Below, piece after piece: positions 20,355-30,403 of a stretch of 64,000 nt of DNA (position 1 is the first letter of the stretch; every line of letters begins with the position of its first letter). The notes beneath the pieces are model-generated. The model was not told the origin of the DNA and ran no database searches. It was given only the letters and a program-made list of their open reading frames with translations. The translations under genes were made by a program, and so were the position numbers. The stretch is from positions 64,013-128,012 of the forward strand of contig JACPHO010000002.1 of assembly GCA_016188545.1 (NCBI GenBank). The letters run 5' to 3'. The DNA comes from Candidatus Shapirobacteria bacterium (lineage in GTDB: Bacteria; Patescibacteriota; Microgenomatia; UBA12405).

Positions 20355-22973
20355 ATGGATATTTTTAACTTAATTAAAAAAAACAAAAAAACTCCGGCAG
20401 AAATGGCAGCAGCGGTGGTGGATGTTAAAACTGGATTGATTGATCAGGGTAAGACTAAAGAGAGACAATTTGTAGAAGGGTTGGTCTCAACTAAAGATAT
20501 TATTGCTCCTGGTGCTTTGGAGGTTGAAACTGATTTTATCAAGATCGGAACTAAATTCTATCGAACTCTTTTTACAGTAATAAACAGACGTTTTGTGGAA
20601 ATTAACTGGCTATCAACTTTAATCAATTTCGATGCATCCTTGACGGTAGCCATGTACATCTACCCATCAGATGGTAAGGAAATTTTGGATGATCTTCGAC
20701 GTAAAATCACAGAAATGGAGGCAGAACTAACAACTGATATCCAAAGAGGGAGGATTGTAAACCCAGCAACACAAGCCAAACTTGAGGATGCCCTGAATCT
20801 ACAAGCTGACTTGGTTAAAGGTGAGGAAAGATTTTTCCAAATGGGTTTGTATATTACGGTAAGTGCTGAAAGTAAAGAACAGATGGATAAGGTGACCAAG
20901 AACTTAGAGGCAGCTATGGGTGCTCTAATGGTATTGACCAAGAGAACAACATTTGATGCTGAGAATGCCTTTATTACTACCCTACCACTTGGTTCTGATC
21001 GACTTAACCTTACTCGGAACATGGATACAACCTCACTGGCGACAACATTTCCATTTGTTTCATCTGATCTTTCTGACGATAAAGGGATTATGTTTGGAAT
21101 TAATGAACATAATGGATCACTAGTTATTTTCGACCGATTCTCAATGCAAAACTACAACTCTGTAGTATTTGCAACAGCTGGAGCTGGAAAGTCTTACATG
21201 ATTAAATTGGAGGCTTTACGGTCGCTAATGATGGGAACAGATATTATTGTAATCGACCCGGAAAATGAGTACAAAGATTTGTGTGAGGCGGCTGGTGGAC
21301 AATACATTGCTTTTGGGTATGGTGAAGCATCGAAGATTAATCCTTTTGACTTGTCTCTAATTGTTGATGAAGGTGATAATGCACTGAATGCCAAGATTTT
21401 GGGGGTACATAAACTACTAAAAGTAATGCTTGGTGAACTGGATCCAATCGAAGAATCCATTCTTGACCGAGCGGTAGTTGACGCTTACAAAATGAAAGGA
21501 ATTACTCCAGATCCAGAGACACAGTCAAAAGAGCCGCCATTGGTCGAAGATTTGTATAAATCACTAATTGGAATGGAGGATAAACAGGCGCAGATGATAG
21601 CGGCTCGGCTGGAAAAATATATTAAAGGATCGTTTGCGGGGATTTTTAACCAAAAAACAACAGTTAATTTGAAAAGCGAGTTTGTGGTTTTTGGAATAAA
21701 AAACCTGGAAGATACTCTGCGACCGGTGGCCATGCATATTATTCTTGACTACATCTGGACAGTAGTTAAGAAAGAAATGAGAAGAAGAATCTTAGTTGTC
21801 GACGAGGCGTGGTACCTAATGCAATACCCCGATTCGGCAGCATTCTTACGAGGAATTGTTAAACGAGGAAGGAAATACTATCTTGGGGTAACTACAATCA
21901 CTCAGGATGTAGATGACTTTTTGGAAACAGCCTATGGACGCGAAATCGTAACTAACAGCGCCATTCAAATTCTTCTAAAACAACACAGTGCGGCAATTGA
22001 CCAAATTGGGGAGGTTTTTTACTTATCTGAGGGAGAAAAACAACTACTTTTGTCAGCGGACAAAGGAGAAGGTATTTTCTTTGCCGGCCAAAATCATGTG
22101 GCAATTAGAGTGGTGGCGTCGGAAGATGAACATAAACTAATTACATCTAACCCAGAAGAGGTAATGAAGATGAAACAACAACTGAAGTTGCAGAGAGCAA
22201 AAGAGGCTGAAGATAGGCGGGTGGAAAGAGAAGCAATGGGACCACTTGGGACTAGCGACATCATTAAACAAATGGGTAAAACAGAGGAACCCTTAGTAAA
22301 AACAACAGAACCAGAATTGGTACTAACTAAACCTCCTGAAACGCTGGAAAAAACGGTAGTTCAATCACCTATAATGGTAACTGAGGTGGTGGGAGATACT
22401 AAACCAGAAGAAGAGCTGCAAAAAAGAATTGCTGAAATGGAGGCAGTTGAAAAAGAAAAGGTGGAAGAACATAAGAAAAAAGTTGCGGCAGAGGCTGAAG
22501 TATTAGCAAAAGAAGAAGTCGAAAAAAAGAAGCTTCAAGGAACTTTGGGTGGTTTTGGAACTCTACCAAAATATCAGGATTTATTTGTTAATAAAAATAA
22601 ACTACCTCCATTACCACCATTGCCTCCCCTTCCAAAATTCCAACCATCTACTGCACCATCAGCAAGTTCGGGGCTAAATAGTGCACCAGCACCAGTAGCA
22701 CCAACAACGCTTCCAAAATCACCACAATTTGCGACCGAGGTAGTATCTAATACTGGCAAACCGACTTTTGTGAATTTACCGAAAGAAGAAGTAAAAGTAC
22801 CACAACCACCTCAATTGTCGAAGAAACCCCAACCAGTATTTGAAAATCAAACAATGCCACAGCCAGTAAGTACTCAACCGTCTACAGCAGCGACCATGCC
22901 AACTGATAAACCAAAAGATAACCAAAATAACGCTCCTGGAATGGACTATGACAAACTGTTTGGGAACGTGTAG
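20355..22973 (+). CDS. VirB4/TraC-like ATPase with long low-complexity tail
   Basis: ATAGAGKS, VIDPENEY, INPFD, VVDEAW, RKY, TQ; last ~270 aa Glu/Lys- then Pro-rich. Confidence 0.9.
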   Translation: MDIFNLIKKNKKTPAEMAAAVVDVKTGLIDQGKTKERQFVEGLVSTKDIIAPGALEVETDFIKIGTKFYRTLFTVINRRFVEINWLSTLINFDASLTVAMYIYPSDGKEILDDLRRKITEMEAELTTDIQRGRIVNPATQAKLEDALNLQADLVKGEERFFQMGLYITVSAESKEQMDKVTKNLEAAMGALMVLTKRTTFDAENAFITTLPLGSDRLNLTRNMDTTSLATTFPFVSSDLSDDKGIMFGINEHNGSLVIFDRFSMQNYNSVVFATAGAGKSYMIKLEALRSLMMGTDIIVIDPENEYKDLCEAAGGQYIAFGYGEASKINPFDLSLIVDEGDNALNAKILGVHKLLKVMLGELDPIEESILDRAVVDAYKMKGITPDPETQSKEPPLVEDLYKSLIGMEDKQAQMIAARLEKYIKGSFAGIFNQKTTVNLKSEFVVFGIKNLEDTLRPVAMHIILDYIWTVVKKEMRRRILVVDEAWYLMQYPDSAAFLRGIVKRGRKYYLGVTTITQDVDDFLETAYGREIVTNSAIQILLKQHSAAIDQIGEVFYLSEGEKQLLLSADKGEGIFFAGQNHVAIRVVASEDEHKLITSNPEEVMKMKQQLKLQRAKEAEDRRVEREAMGPLGTSDIIKQMGKTEEPLVKTTEPELVLTKPPETLEKTVVQSPIMVTEVVGDTKPEEELQKRIAEMEAVEKEKVEEHKKKVAAEAEVLAKEEVEKKKLQGTLGGFGTLPKYQDLFVNKNKLPPLPPLPPLPKFQPSTAPSASSGLNSAPAPVAPTTLPKSPQFATEVVSNTGKPTFVNLPKEEVKVPQPPQLSKKPQPVFENQTMPQPVSTQPSTAATMPTDKPKDNQNNAPGMDYDKLFGNV

Positions 22974-22994
22974 GTGAACTGTATAATAAATTGA

Positions 22995-25900
22995 ATGAAG
23001 AAGTTTGAATTGTATGAAGAACTAGGGCGGCTATCCGGCAGAGGTGAAATACTGGAAATATCTAATGCGGCTTACAATACCTGCAGTAGGTTATTTTCTG
23101 ACTTGGGAATGGGTGGAAAGTTTGATCCGACAAACCCAGGAAGGATGTTGGATGCTTTATATGGATTTGAAACAACGACAGGTAATAACAATAAAGTCAC
23201 TCAAGCATTGGAAGTAATTGAAGCAGACTTGAATCCTGCTGTGGAAACAAGAAATGACAAGGTGGGTCCAATGTCACTTAGGTCAGATCAATTAAAAGTG
23301 CTGCTTGATAAAGTTGATGAGAAAAAACATAGGGATGACGTAGAAGCGATGGCAACTGAAGCAACAAGAGAAAGATTGCTAAGGAATGCAGACCGTAACA
23401 TAGTGGTGGCAACACTAATAAAAAAGTTTGAAATACAGGAAAAACTCCATTCGATGGGAAAAACGAAGGCAGAGGCAGATAGACTTTCCGACCTAATCCT
23501 GGAGACTGGGCAAGTAGTAACGACCATTGTTGAAGATGATGAGTTTTTAGGAAAGGAATCACTTAGGCTAGCCGAAGAAATTGTGGAGCTGTCAGAGAAA
23601 GCCAAAACAACGGTCGAGGCAGTAGAGCTAGCAAAATCACTACAAGCTGAAAACTCAATTATAGATGCCAATGAAATGTTGCAGTACTTAGTAGAGACGA
23701 ACAGAGCCAGCCGAGAACTAGAAATAAAAATTGATGAAATAGCTAGAGATGTGGTAGCTGATGTTGAAAGAGAAGGAGGTTCGCTTGGGGGTAGGAAAGA
23801 TGAAGTACTAAAACTAATTGAAGAGAGATATGAGAAGGTACTAGTACATCCTGAGTATAATATTAATGAAGCAAAATACGAAACGAGAATAGGTGAAAAC
23901 GGAAGGTATGAGCGGGTAGTTGTCGAAAGAGGACTGACTGAAGAAATAGTTGAAATACTGAAAGGCGGAGCCAGAGGAAATATTCCAGGTAGACAGGAAA
24001 AAATAATTGAAGCAGTGGTGGAAAATAAGCTGGGAGCATCAGCAACTCCACTAACTGACGTGACCAATGCATCAACCGGAAATGAAGCAAAAATGATGAT
24101 GGAGAAACTCACATCACATGGTTTTGGGGCGGCAGATTTGAAAGCATTAATGAGATTGAGGTCGGGAGCGACAGAGTCGGGAATTGAGGGGATTGAAAAT
24201 GGATTGACACAAGAACATGAAATAAAAATAAAGATGGTAGGAAAGGGAGTGCCAGCAACGAAAATTGCTGAGGTGGAAATGGGAACTGTGGTAACGTCGA
24301 TGTTAAATGGCGATGAACCAATACCAGAGTTAGTTCAGAGAATTGAAAATGACTACAAAGCGAAGTTAGTCGGCACAGAGCATGGTGAAAGGAGACGACT
24401 AAAAGATGGTGATGTGCGTGTTGTTTCAAGGGGGTCAATTCCGGAAATGGAAGCTGTAGTAAAGGTAGCTGATAGGCTAAAAGACAGACCGGATTTGCAG
24501 GGCAGAATGGAGCTAATTCGAAAAATTGAAAAGGCAAAGAATTTTATTGATAGATATTCAGGTGGAGCAATAAGCAAAGCAATGGGAAACTCATCAATCC
24601 AAATTGGGAGAATAATGAAGATTGAGGGACTACAGCAGTTTGGAATGCAACTGGCTAGTCGTTATGGCGGGGTTATGGGGGAGGCAATGGCCTCTCAAAT
24701 AGTGAATTTTGGTTTTGAAAAGGGCTTACAAAACATCTTAGTCCAATTGCTTAGAACTGGAACTGTAAAGGCAGTGGAAGTGGGAGCAACAGGTGCAACA
24801 GCGGCCGCGGGAACAGCCGCAACCGGAACAGCACTTGCGGCTGGAGGACCGCCGACATGGATAGTAGCAGCGGTTTTGGCGGCAATAGCAGTGGTAAAAA
24901 AGGCCTGGAGTGGAATGGAAAAGGGTTTGATAAAAATGTTGGAGTTTTTGGGATTTGACTCGTACAAAACCCGAGAGTTTTTGAAAAACGGGGTGGGAAA
25001 AATAGTAACCGTTGGGGGAATGGCCATTGGTGGGGCAACAACAGTGATAATTGGTATTGGAGGGATGTTGATGTCTATACCGACAGGGATAATAGGGACA
25101 GTTTTTGCGATTGTATTGGCAGTATTGATTGGATACAACCTGCTTCAAGTGGCAACAACCCAAGTATCAAGTTTGGTGGTGCCAAAATCAGATCCGATTG
25201 TGGGGGCATGTATCAAAAAAGAGGATTTAACAGATCCCCCAACCGGACCGTTGGCCAATTGTAATGTAAACGCACCAGCATCGAATTATGGAGGAATAAG
25301 TAAAGATGCGTTTGTAACCCTAGCAGAAAGTTGGTCGGCAGGTGGCGGAGTCAATGCGGCAAGATGTTTTAATGATGTGGTTTGTAAGGCTTTAAGTGCT
25401 GGCATTAATCCGACATATGCACTGTGGGCATGGCTACATGAATCAGGAGCTAGTAACTATTCACTCGGGAGTGATATTGAAGATTTTGGGATACATTACA
25501 TCCCAGAAAATAATAATTTTAATGCGCAATGGGAGGCATTTGCCAAACTTGATCCAGCCTCAGGCTGCTCAGGGATTTCAGATTATTGGTTGGCTTTTGC
25601 CACTAATTATCTGAATGGCTCAGACCATTGCGACCCTGATTATCAGAATCCAACTTCAGGACAAACAGGAAGACAATATTTAGCCGAACTGCAAAGTACT
25701 TGGGAATGGTTAAATGCTGGGCCAATGCCAACATCGATACATGTGCCAAAACAAGCTTGTGGTGGAGGATCTCCTGAGGGTGGGGTAGAAGAAACGGATC
25801 CGAATACAGGCGAGAACTTTGTCTGCTTTGGGGGAGCAAAACTAGGCCCAAGTACCCCTTTAAACGGAGCTAAGAGTGGTGGATCGGTGTACAATCCAAA

Positions 25901-26465
25901 CGCGACAGGGCTAGAGGGAGAGAAAATACCAGGTGAATGTACTGTGTCTGATAAAGTGGTGTTGACAAAGCAGTGTGGACAGGCCTGGTCAAATAAAGGG
26001 TTACCTGGAGGATCGGGGACAATCTGCACAGCCGGCTGTGGACCAACCTCAGTCTCAATGATGCTGAGACACTTTAATGGGAGCCTAACACCAGATTCGG
26101 TTATATTTTCACCAGGGTCGGCATACAACTCAATGAACAACGATGGATCTAGTTTGGGACAAGCAACGGCGGAAATAAATAAATATTTTCCAGGAGCGGC
26201 TAGTAGTTCACAACCATGTGATGCTAAAGCAATTGGTGGTTGGATCTGTGCTGGAAAGGTGGTAATGGTGCTAGCTGATTTTTATAACAGCAACAGCTTG
26301 ACAGTGGGAGGACATTTTGTGTTGGGAGTGGCGGTTCAGAATGGAAGCATTGTAACTGCTGATCCTTACTATGCTACCAAAACTCCGTTTGATGGAACTA
26401 AAAAATATGGGTATGCTAGAAATATTCGGAGTTGTATTACTATTGATGCGAGTAAAATTAAATAA
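22995..26465 (+). CDS. Large membrane protein with lysozyme-like and C39-like peptidase domains
   Basis: Helical N-terminus, Gly/Ala-rich hydrophobic segment, WAWLHESG...DFG, then KQC...GCGPTSVSM...GHFV...ADP. Confidence 0.7.
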   Translation: MKKFELYEELGRLSGRGEILEISNAAYNTCSRLFSDLGMGGKFDPTNPGRMLDALYGFETTTGNNNKVTQALEVIEADLNPAVETRNDKVGPMSLRSDQLKVLLDKVDEKKHRDDVEAMATEATRERLLRNADRNIVVATLIKKFEIQEKLHSMGKTKAEADRLSDLILETGQVVTTIVEDDEFLGKESLRLAEEIVELSEKAKTTVEAVELAKSLQAENSIIDANEMLQYLVETNRASRELEIKIDEIARDVVADVEREGGSLGGRKDEVLKLIEERYEKVLVHPEYNINEAKYETRIGENGRYERVVVERGLTEEIVEILKGGARGNIPGRQEKIIEAVVENKLGASATPLTDVTNASTGNEAKMMMEKLTSHGFGAADLKALMRLRSGATESGIEGIENGLTQEHEIKIKMVGKGVPATKIAEVEMGTVVTSMLNGDEPIPELVQRIENDYKAKLVGTEHGERRRLKDGDVRVVSRGSIPEMEAVVKVADRLKDRPDLQGRMELIRKIEKAKNFIDRYSGGAISKAMGNSSIQIGRIMKIEGLQQFGMQLASRYGGVMGEAMASQIVNFGFEKGLQNILVQLLRTGTVKAVEVGATGATAAAGTAATGTALAAGGPPTWIVAAVLAAIAVVKKAWSGMEKGLIKMLEFLGFDSYKTREFLKNGVGKIVTVGGMAIGGATTVIIGIGGMLMSIPTGIIGTVFAIVLAVLIGYNLLQVATTQVSSLVVPKSDPIVGACIKKEDLTDPPTGPLANCNVNAPASNYGGISKDAFVTLAESWSAGGGVNAARCFNDVVCKALSAGINPTYALWAWLHESGASNYSLGSDIEDFGIHYIPENNNFNAQWEAFAKLDPASGCSGISDYWLAFATNYLNGSDHCDPDYQNPTSGQTGRQYLAELQSTWEWLNAGPMPTSIHVPKQACGGGSPEGGVEETDPNTGENFVCFGGAKLGPSTPLNGAKSGGSVYNPNATGLEGEKIPGECTVSDKVVLTKQCGQAWSNKGLPGGSGTICTAGCGPTSVSMMLRHFNGSLTPDSVIFSPGSAYNSMNNDGSSLGQATAEINKYFPGAASSSQPCDAKAIGGWICAGKVVMVLADFYNSNSLTVGGHFVLGVAVQNGSIVTADPYYATKTPFDGTKKYGYARNIRSCITIDASKIK

Positions 26466-26468
26466 CCT

Positions 26469-26882
26469 ATGTGGAAAAATAAATTACTTTTGATAGCACT
26501 AGTACTGTTGGCAGTAGTAGCAGGACTAATTGCGTTGTTTGATAAACCCAGCGATGAGGAAGTAAAAAGTGTTCCGGCGGAAAAGGTGGTAATTCCAACC
26601 AGAATTAATGAGCCGTTTTTTAGTGATACCGGTGCTAAGGATGAACCGATGAGTGATGATGAGTACCGGGTGGGACAATTGATAAATAAATTTAGAAATG
26701 TCTGTCCAGTGAATAACGAATTTTTTGTAGTCGATTTTGATTATAAGATTGATAAATTTGTGGTGTATATAAAAGATTATTCGGAAAAAAACAGACTGGT
26801 ATTTCAAAAATATCTTGAAGATGCTGGGTATATTGAGATTCCTAGTTCATGGTTTGTTTATACTAATAATGTCTACAGGTAA
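26469..26882 (+). CDS. Hypothetical N-terminally anchored protein
   Basis: N-terminal TM; 3 bp after upstream gene. Confidence 0.7.
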   Translation: MWKNKLLLIALVLLAVVAGLIALFDKPSDEEVKSVPAEKVVIPTRINEPFFSDTGAKDEPMSDDEYRVGQLINKFRNVCPVNNEFFVVDFDYKIDKFVVYIKDYSEKNRLVFQKYLEDAGYIEIPSSWFVYTNNVYR

Positions 26883-27258
26883 AGAAATATTGGCTAAAAA
26901 TCAAGTAGTGGTTTTCTTGGTAATTACGATTGTGTTGTTGGCAGGATTGAAGATAAAATATGGATACAGGGGAGAAGGTGAAAGTCAAAAGTCAAAAGTC
27001 AAAAGTCAAAACGAAGAAGTAAACATAACACCGACAATGACGATGGTGCCAACGACGGATCCGAAAAAGGATTTTCCGTTGAGAAACGAACTACCGTATT
27101 ACGGAAAAGGGTTTGTGGTGGAGAAATACACTTCACCATTGACTTTAAAAATGATTCTTAATGGCGCGACTGAGACATACGCTACCAAAGCGGTTACCGA
27201 CTGGATTAACTCATTTGGTGATGCGATAGGGCAACATAAAATAGAGATACAAAATTAA
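26869..27258 (+). CDS. Hypothetical N-terminally anchored protein
   Basis: TM then LPY motif; start set at ATG 26869. Confidence 0.65.
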   Translation: MSTGKEILAKNQVVVFLVITIVLLAGLKIKYGYRGEGESQKSKVKSQNEEVNITPTMTMVPTTDPKKDFPLRNELPYYGKGFVVEKYTSPLTLKMILNGATETYATKAVTDWINSFGDAIGQHKIEIQN

Positions 27259-27284
27259 AAATTCAAAAGTAAAAAGTAAAAAAT

Positions 27285-27584
27285 ATGAAAAAAATAATTT
27301 TAGGAATTGTTTTATCAACTTTAATTTTAAGTGGGTGTACAACAAAACAGAATACAGTTAAGACGGCTGAGGAGAAGTTGCAGGAAAGTGTGGTGACAAA
27401 AACAGGGACAATATCAACTAAAGTGGGAGATGAATATTTACTATCAACCAGAGATGGGATCGTAAATATTACCAGTAATAAAGTAAATCTTGATACTTAT
27501 ATGAAAAAACCAGTCAGAGTTACAGGGATGTTTTCTGGATCAACTCTTTACGTCGATAAAATCGAGAGTGCAATAACAAACTAG
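27285..27584 (+). CDS. Small lipoprotein, OB-fold-like
   Basis: Lipobox LSGC; KPVRVTG...LYVDKI. Confidence 0.72.
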   Translation: MKKIILGIVLSTLILSGCTTKQNTVKTAEEKLQESVVTKTGTISTKVGDEYLLSTRDGIVNITSNKVNLDTYMKKPVRVTGMFSGSTLYVDKIESAITN

Positions 27585-27603
27585 AAACAGGAATATATCT
27601 AAA

Positions 27604-27720
27604 CTACAGATATTCTTTTCTGAGCTCCATCCAGGTTTTGCCGAGGCGATTTTCGCCCAACTGATCCGCACCCCAACCCCAAACATTATCACGCCAGGAA
27701 TCTTCGATAATTTCCCACGA
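27604..27720 (-). pseudogene. NADAR (YbiA-like) family 3' fragment
   Basis: Reads SWEIIEDSWRDNVWGWGADQLGENRLGKTWMELRKEYL*; in-frame stop just upstream, no start. Confidence 0.8.
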
Positions 27721-27802
27721 TTTTTAGTTAGCTAAATTTTCTTCAAAAAAAATAGTGATCGGTTTGATTTAGTTCAACCCATTCAAACAGTTTAGTGTCA
27801 GA

Positions 27803-28159
27803 TTAAAGGATTTTTTTATATTCTTCTTGAACGTCAACATAAAATGCGGCTGTTTGAAGCATACTAATGCGCAAGTCAGCGTAACTAGCAGACTTTTTAG
27901 CATCAGGAGCTCCTGGATTTAACTTGCCTTTTTGCTGTTGTGCAGCAAATATTGCTGCATCAAGAGCGATACGACCGGCCTTACTTTCATTTCCAATCAC
28001 AATAAGCCCACCAAGATCTGGTTGTGGATTTTGGTGATTTGCTTCTATACTAACGATTTGATCGCTGATTTGTGCGTATTTCGGAGCGATAGCTTCACGA
28101 CTGGGACTGTTTTCGGGAATTTGAAAACCGGTTGGAAGATCAGGTACACTTGTTGGCAT
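27803..28159 (-). CDS. Hypothetical protein
   Basis: 118 aa ATG ORF with protein-like composition. Confidence 0.6.
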   Translation of the reverse strand: MPTSVPDLPTGFQIPENSPSREAIAPKYAQISDQIVSIEANHQNPQPDLGGLIVIGNESKAGRIALDAAIFAAQQQKGKLNPGAPDAKKSASYADLRISMLQTAAFYVDVQEEYKKIL

Positions 28160-28236
28160 TTTTGTTTTTTAATTATTAATTTATAAAATTAGTTTCGTTT
28201 TGGTTAGTAATTAATTATACAGTAATACTAGTTTTT

Positions 28237-28920
28237 TTAATGATCTTCTGGTCGATTATAATTCCGATTGAAGGTTTGGTTGGCTTCGGCTAATGTTCCG
28301 GCAAAACCATCGTTGGCAACATCAATAACATATATTGCACTCTTGGGGTTTGTATACCTTACCCACGCATGACCACCAAGTTCTTCGTCTAAATTTCTAT
28401 CGAGTGAAGCTTTTCCTCTCAAGAGTTGATCAGCGGTTAACCTTTGGGTAAGATATCCTGCTAATAGTGATTCATGGCGACAAACTCCGACATGGTTGTT
28501 AATGTAATAATCTAAACCAACCGGCTCTCCAGACGAAAAACCTTGATTGTAGACAGTTAGTTTTTTTTCGGAATAAGGTATATATTGCTCAACAATTTTA
28601 GCGATAGGTTTTAAGACCCTGTCTTTGAATGAAAATTTATTTTTATCAACCGGAGTATCTATTCTAGCTAAAAGATAACGATAAATATCGTGCAATATTG
28701 GCATTTTTCGATCATCAACATAGCACGCCTCTTCGTAGATATTTTTCCCGTCTGACATTACAAAAATACCACCGTTTATTGGGCCATCGCGATGAATGAG
28801 AGGCATGCCCTGATAGGTAGCTACTTCTGGTTGAGACTTATCAAAGAACAATTTTTTCTTGGGAGAAACAAATACTTTTGCATTTTCGGTATAGTTCCAA
28901 TTCTTAAGATCACCATTCAT
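28237..28920 (-). CDS. Transglutaminase-like (Cys-His-Asp) protein
   Basis: GVCRH, GHAWV, VID motifs. Confidence 0.72.
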   Translation of the reverse strand: MNGDLKNWNYTENAKVFVSPKKKLFFDKSQPEVATYQGMPLIHRDGPINGGIFVMSDGKNIYEEACYVDDRKMPILHDIYRYLLARIDTPVDKNKFSFKDRVLKPIAKIVEQYIPYSEKKLTVYNQGFSSGEPVGLDYYINNHVGVCRHESLLAGYLTQRLTADQLLRGKASLDRNLDEELGGHAWVRYTNPKSAIYVIDVANDGFAGTLAEANQTFNRNYNRPEDH

Positions 28921-28928
28921 TTTAGAAT

Positions 28929-30053
28929 TTAATCCTGTATTCGAACAGGCATGATAATGTGGGTTAGTGTTGGATTGGAAGTATCTTGAAATAATCCAGG
29001 AGTCAGAGGTTCGTTGAGACTGATGATAATATTTTCACCTTGACAGATAGATAAAAAATCGGAAATAAATTTGTAGTTAAAGGCAATCTCAAGTGGTTCA
29101 CCTTCCACTTTGGAATCGACTGTGACTTTGTTTTGACCAACCTGGACAGCATTAGCTGAGACTTCAACTTGGTTGTTTTTGACAGACAGCTTAACAACAT
29201 TGGCTGATTCACGGGCAAAAACTGAAGCAATTTTTATGGACTGAGCGAACTCATCTTTGGAAAGGTTGATGGTAGTAGAAAAAGCACTAGGGATAATTCG
29301 GTTGTAATCAGGAAAGTCACCTTCAATAAGACGCGAAGATAGTTCAATATCAGGAGTAACAAAAACTAATTGATGAGAATCTTCACTGAGACCAAATTTT
29401 AATTTATCGACCGATTTTGTCATCTTGGAGACTTCAGACAAACTCTTTGAAGGAATCAGAAAAGTCAGTTGATCAACACTAGAGGGAAGAGTAATCGGTT
29501 CTACATGAACAATTTCTTTGACTGAGAGACGAAAACCGTCAGTAGCAACTAACTTGAAACTAGTAGAAGTAAAGATACAAAGAACAGCAGTGAGCACAGG
29601 TCGGGAATCGTCGGTAGATGAGGCAAAAACAACTTCAGATATGGCTGAGGAAAACTCCTTTAAAGAAATGTCGATGGCGGTTTTAGTGTTAATTGAAGGA
29701 ATGGCTGGATAATCAGAAGTTGGCGAAGTGGTAAAGGAAGAGTTGGCTTTTGATGAGGAAATTTCGAGTAAAGACTGTGGGTTGAGAGTAAGATCGAGTT
29801 TACCTGAAGGTAGATAGGAAATGAATTCAGTGATTTCTTTGGCGGGAATTGCCAAACTACCCTCGACATCAATCTTGCCACCAATCCAATAATTTATACC
29901 CATTTCAAGATTGGTAGCGGAGAGCTTGAGTCGGCCGTTGTTGGTGGTAAAAAGAATATGGCTGAGAATGGGTAACTGTGCTCTTAGGGCAACAAATCTA
30001 GAGACAGTGGAAAGAGCTGGGCTTAACGTTTCCTGGAGAAGTGACACCTTCAT
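28929..30053 (-). CDS. dnaN: DNA polymerase III beta clamp
   Basis: ATNLE, RPVLT, ATDGFRL, SRLIEGDFPDY, IMPVR. Confidence 0.97.
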   Translation of the reverse strand: MKVSLLQETLSPALSTVSRFVALRAQLPILSHILFTTNNGRLKLSATNLEMGINYWIGGKIDVEGSLAIPAKEITEFISYLPSGKLDLTLNPQSLLEISSSKANSSFTTSPTSDYPAIPSINTKTAIDISLKEFSSAISEVVFASSTDDSRPVLTAVLCIFTSTSFKLVATDGFRLSVKEIVHVEPITLPSSVDQLTFLIPSKSLSEVSKMTKSVDKLKFGLSEDSHQLVFVTPDIELSSRLIEGDFPDYNRIIPSAFSTTINLSKDEFAQSIKIASVFARESANVVKLSVKNNQVEVSANAVQVGQNKVTVDSKVEGEPLEIAFNYKFISDFLSICQGENIIISLNEPLTPGLFQDTSNPTLTHIIMPVRIQD

Positions 30054-30403
30054 ATCTACAGTTTATAAAGTTTATAAGGTTTGTAAAGTTCATAAAGATT
30101 TGATGATGGTTGACGGTGAGGTGAATATGCGTTATTAGGTAAAAATGCTTTGTAGAACAGTAGTGTTAGTAGTAGAGTAGGTGAACAAGTTAATAATTAA
30201 CAATTAATAGTTAATAGTTGGGGATATTTTGAATATAAAATAATGTTAGTAAGCCGATAACCTTGGAGGTTAGTAGTAGATTTGCACGTTTTGGCTTATA
30301 AAACGAGCTTAGATTGGGGTAACCTTCGGGGGATAATGTGAGGATAAAATGTGGACAACTAAGTGGATAAGTATGTCAAGAAAGTGGATAACTTTAGTGA
30401 AGT
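30054..30403. promoter_or_regulatory. oriC-like region with DnaA boxes and DnaA-trio tract
   Basis: Box-like 9-mers at 30328, 30339, 30350, 30362, 30383; TAG-rich trio tract 30153-30180 next to two degenerate boxes 30181-30197. Confidence 0.75.

Noticed and set aside
23278-26140. Long antisense ORFs (also 18841, 39570, 43185, 63320)
   Set aside because: Ser/Phe-rich mirror frames of well-supported genes
18575-27584. Integrative conjugative element or prophage
   Set aside because: No integrase, relaxase, att repeats or phage structural genes
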